A stretch of DNA of 27,657 nucleotides from the IMG/VR virus record IMGVR_UViG_3300048578_000133, positions 1 through 27,657 of that record. One strand, 5' to 3'. Positions 26,775 to 27,657 of the stretch are shown here, in pieces. This DNA is from a virus. Its lineage: Duplodnaviria > Caudoviricetes. The notes under the pieces are model-generated. The model had not been told where the DNA came from. It saw only the letters and a list, made by a program, of their open reading frames with translations, and searched no databases. Position numbers and translations under genes: made by a program. Each line of letters starts with the position of its first letter. Position 1 is the first letter of the stretch.

Positions 26775-27398
26775 ATGGAAACAAATAATCTTAAAACCAT
26801 TAAAGTTCTTTATTGGGCTACCTTAATTGGGTTTGTAATACATATTGTTGTTGTCGGGCACACAACATTTCAAAGCTTATTTCCCTCACCTTTATTGTAT
26901 GGAGAGGTTAGGTTGATTCCAATTGATTTTATGACTCGTGTTACTAAAAACGCAACAACTTTTGGTGAAGTTAGGTTGTTTGATATGACCAACACACATG
27001 GAGCGATTGTTTTTAACAACACCTCTTTCATGAACACAAAAGCAATTGTATTAGTTGTGCTGAATGTGATAGGTCAACTTGTTTGGCTATATTTCACTTG
27101 GTTGTTATTGACTATTTTTAAGTCGTTAAAATCCGAAAATGTTTTTGTTGGTGCCAACATAAAAAGGTTGAGGTTGATTGCTTCAGTTATAGGGATATCA
27201 CCCATAATACAATTGATTAAAAATGTGTTATTTGCTGATTTAGTCGGTCAAGAAATAATTTTAACAGATAAATATGTAGCTTTCAATTACGACTATTCTA
27301 TGTTTTCTGGTGTGCTTTATATGGTATTGATTTTAATATTGGTTGAAGTGTTTAGGTATGGTATGAAATTAAAACAGGAATACGATTTAACAGTTTAA
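26775..27398 (+). CDS. DUF2975 family membrane protein
   Basis: Four hydrophobic segments; F...NIKRLR and EVFRYG..LK.E.DLTV motifs. Confidence 0.88.
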   Translation: METNNLKTIKVLYWATLIGFVIHIVVVGHTTFQSLFPSPLLYGEVRLIPIDFMTRVTKNATTFGEVRLFDMTNTHGAIVFNNTSFMNTKAIVLVVLNVIGQLVWLYFTWLLLTIFKSLKSENVFVGANIKRLRLIASVIGISPIIQLIKNVLFADLVGQEIILTDKYVAFNYDYSMFSGVLYMVLILILVEVFRYGMKLKQEYDLTV

Positions 27399-27400
27399 TC

Positions 27401-27607
27401 ATGGCAATAGTTATAAATTTAGACGTGATGATGGCGAAGCGCAAAATGAGCCTAAATGAGTTGTCAGAAAAAGTTGATATTACTTTATCTAACTTATCTA
27501 TATTAAAAACAGGTAAAGCAAAAGCCATACGTTTTTCAACATTAGAGGCTATTTGTAGGGTATTAGATTGCCAACCCGGTGATATTTTAGAGTACAAAAC
27601 GGAATAG
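27401..27607 (+). CDS. Cro/C1-type HTH regulator (YozG-like)
   Basis: NLDVMMAKRKMSL.ELS...NLSILKTGKAKAIRFSTL..IC..L.CQPGDILEY. Confidence 0.93.
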   Translation: MAIVINLDVMMAKRKMSLNELSEKVDITLSNLSILKTGKAKAIRFSTLEAICRVLDCQPGDILEYKTE

Positions 27608-27657
27608 TTAACATTCAAATTAGGTTGTTTGAAAGTCAACGATATCACATTATTTAG

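Noticed and set aside
312-27648. Numerous short antisense or nested ORFs in the track
   Set aside because: Shadows of longer genes with no recognisable motifs.

Overview
Bases 1 to about 23254 are the late (structural) region and one end of a Mu-like transposable prophage with a contractile tail, in a Bacteroidota host (TAnnTTTG promoters, AT-rich). A minus-strand arm carries small and large terminase, gp36-like adaptor, DUF935 portal, MuF, gpG and a truncated gene. A divergent plus-strand arm carries Clp protease/scaffold, capsid, decoration protein, amidase, probable u-spanin, sheath, tube, chaperone, tape measure, baseplate genes, holin, fibres and a Dam-like methylase. The end has two 22-bp-period repeats and ...GATTATA, 5 bp from a host stop codon. 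Host genes follow: sigma54-type regulator, miaB, a beta-barrel OMP, DUF2975 and an HTH gene. The most notable module is at 820-3513. The MuF frame has no ATG/GTG/TTG start near its beginning and appears to be reached from the portal by a -1 frameshift at A-AAA-AAG, giving a portal-MuF-toxin fusion of about 864 aa. Its C-terminal domain resembles a CdiA-type tRNase. Where an immunity gene is expected there is instead a promoter-driven small RNA folding as a tRNA-acceptor-like minihelix ending in ACCA, a candidate RNA decoy antitoxin. Two other candidate antisense RNAs lie at about 19900-19980 and 22160-22296. All family calls are by-eye motif and synteny recognition; no searches were run.
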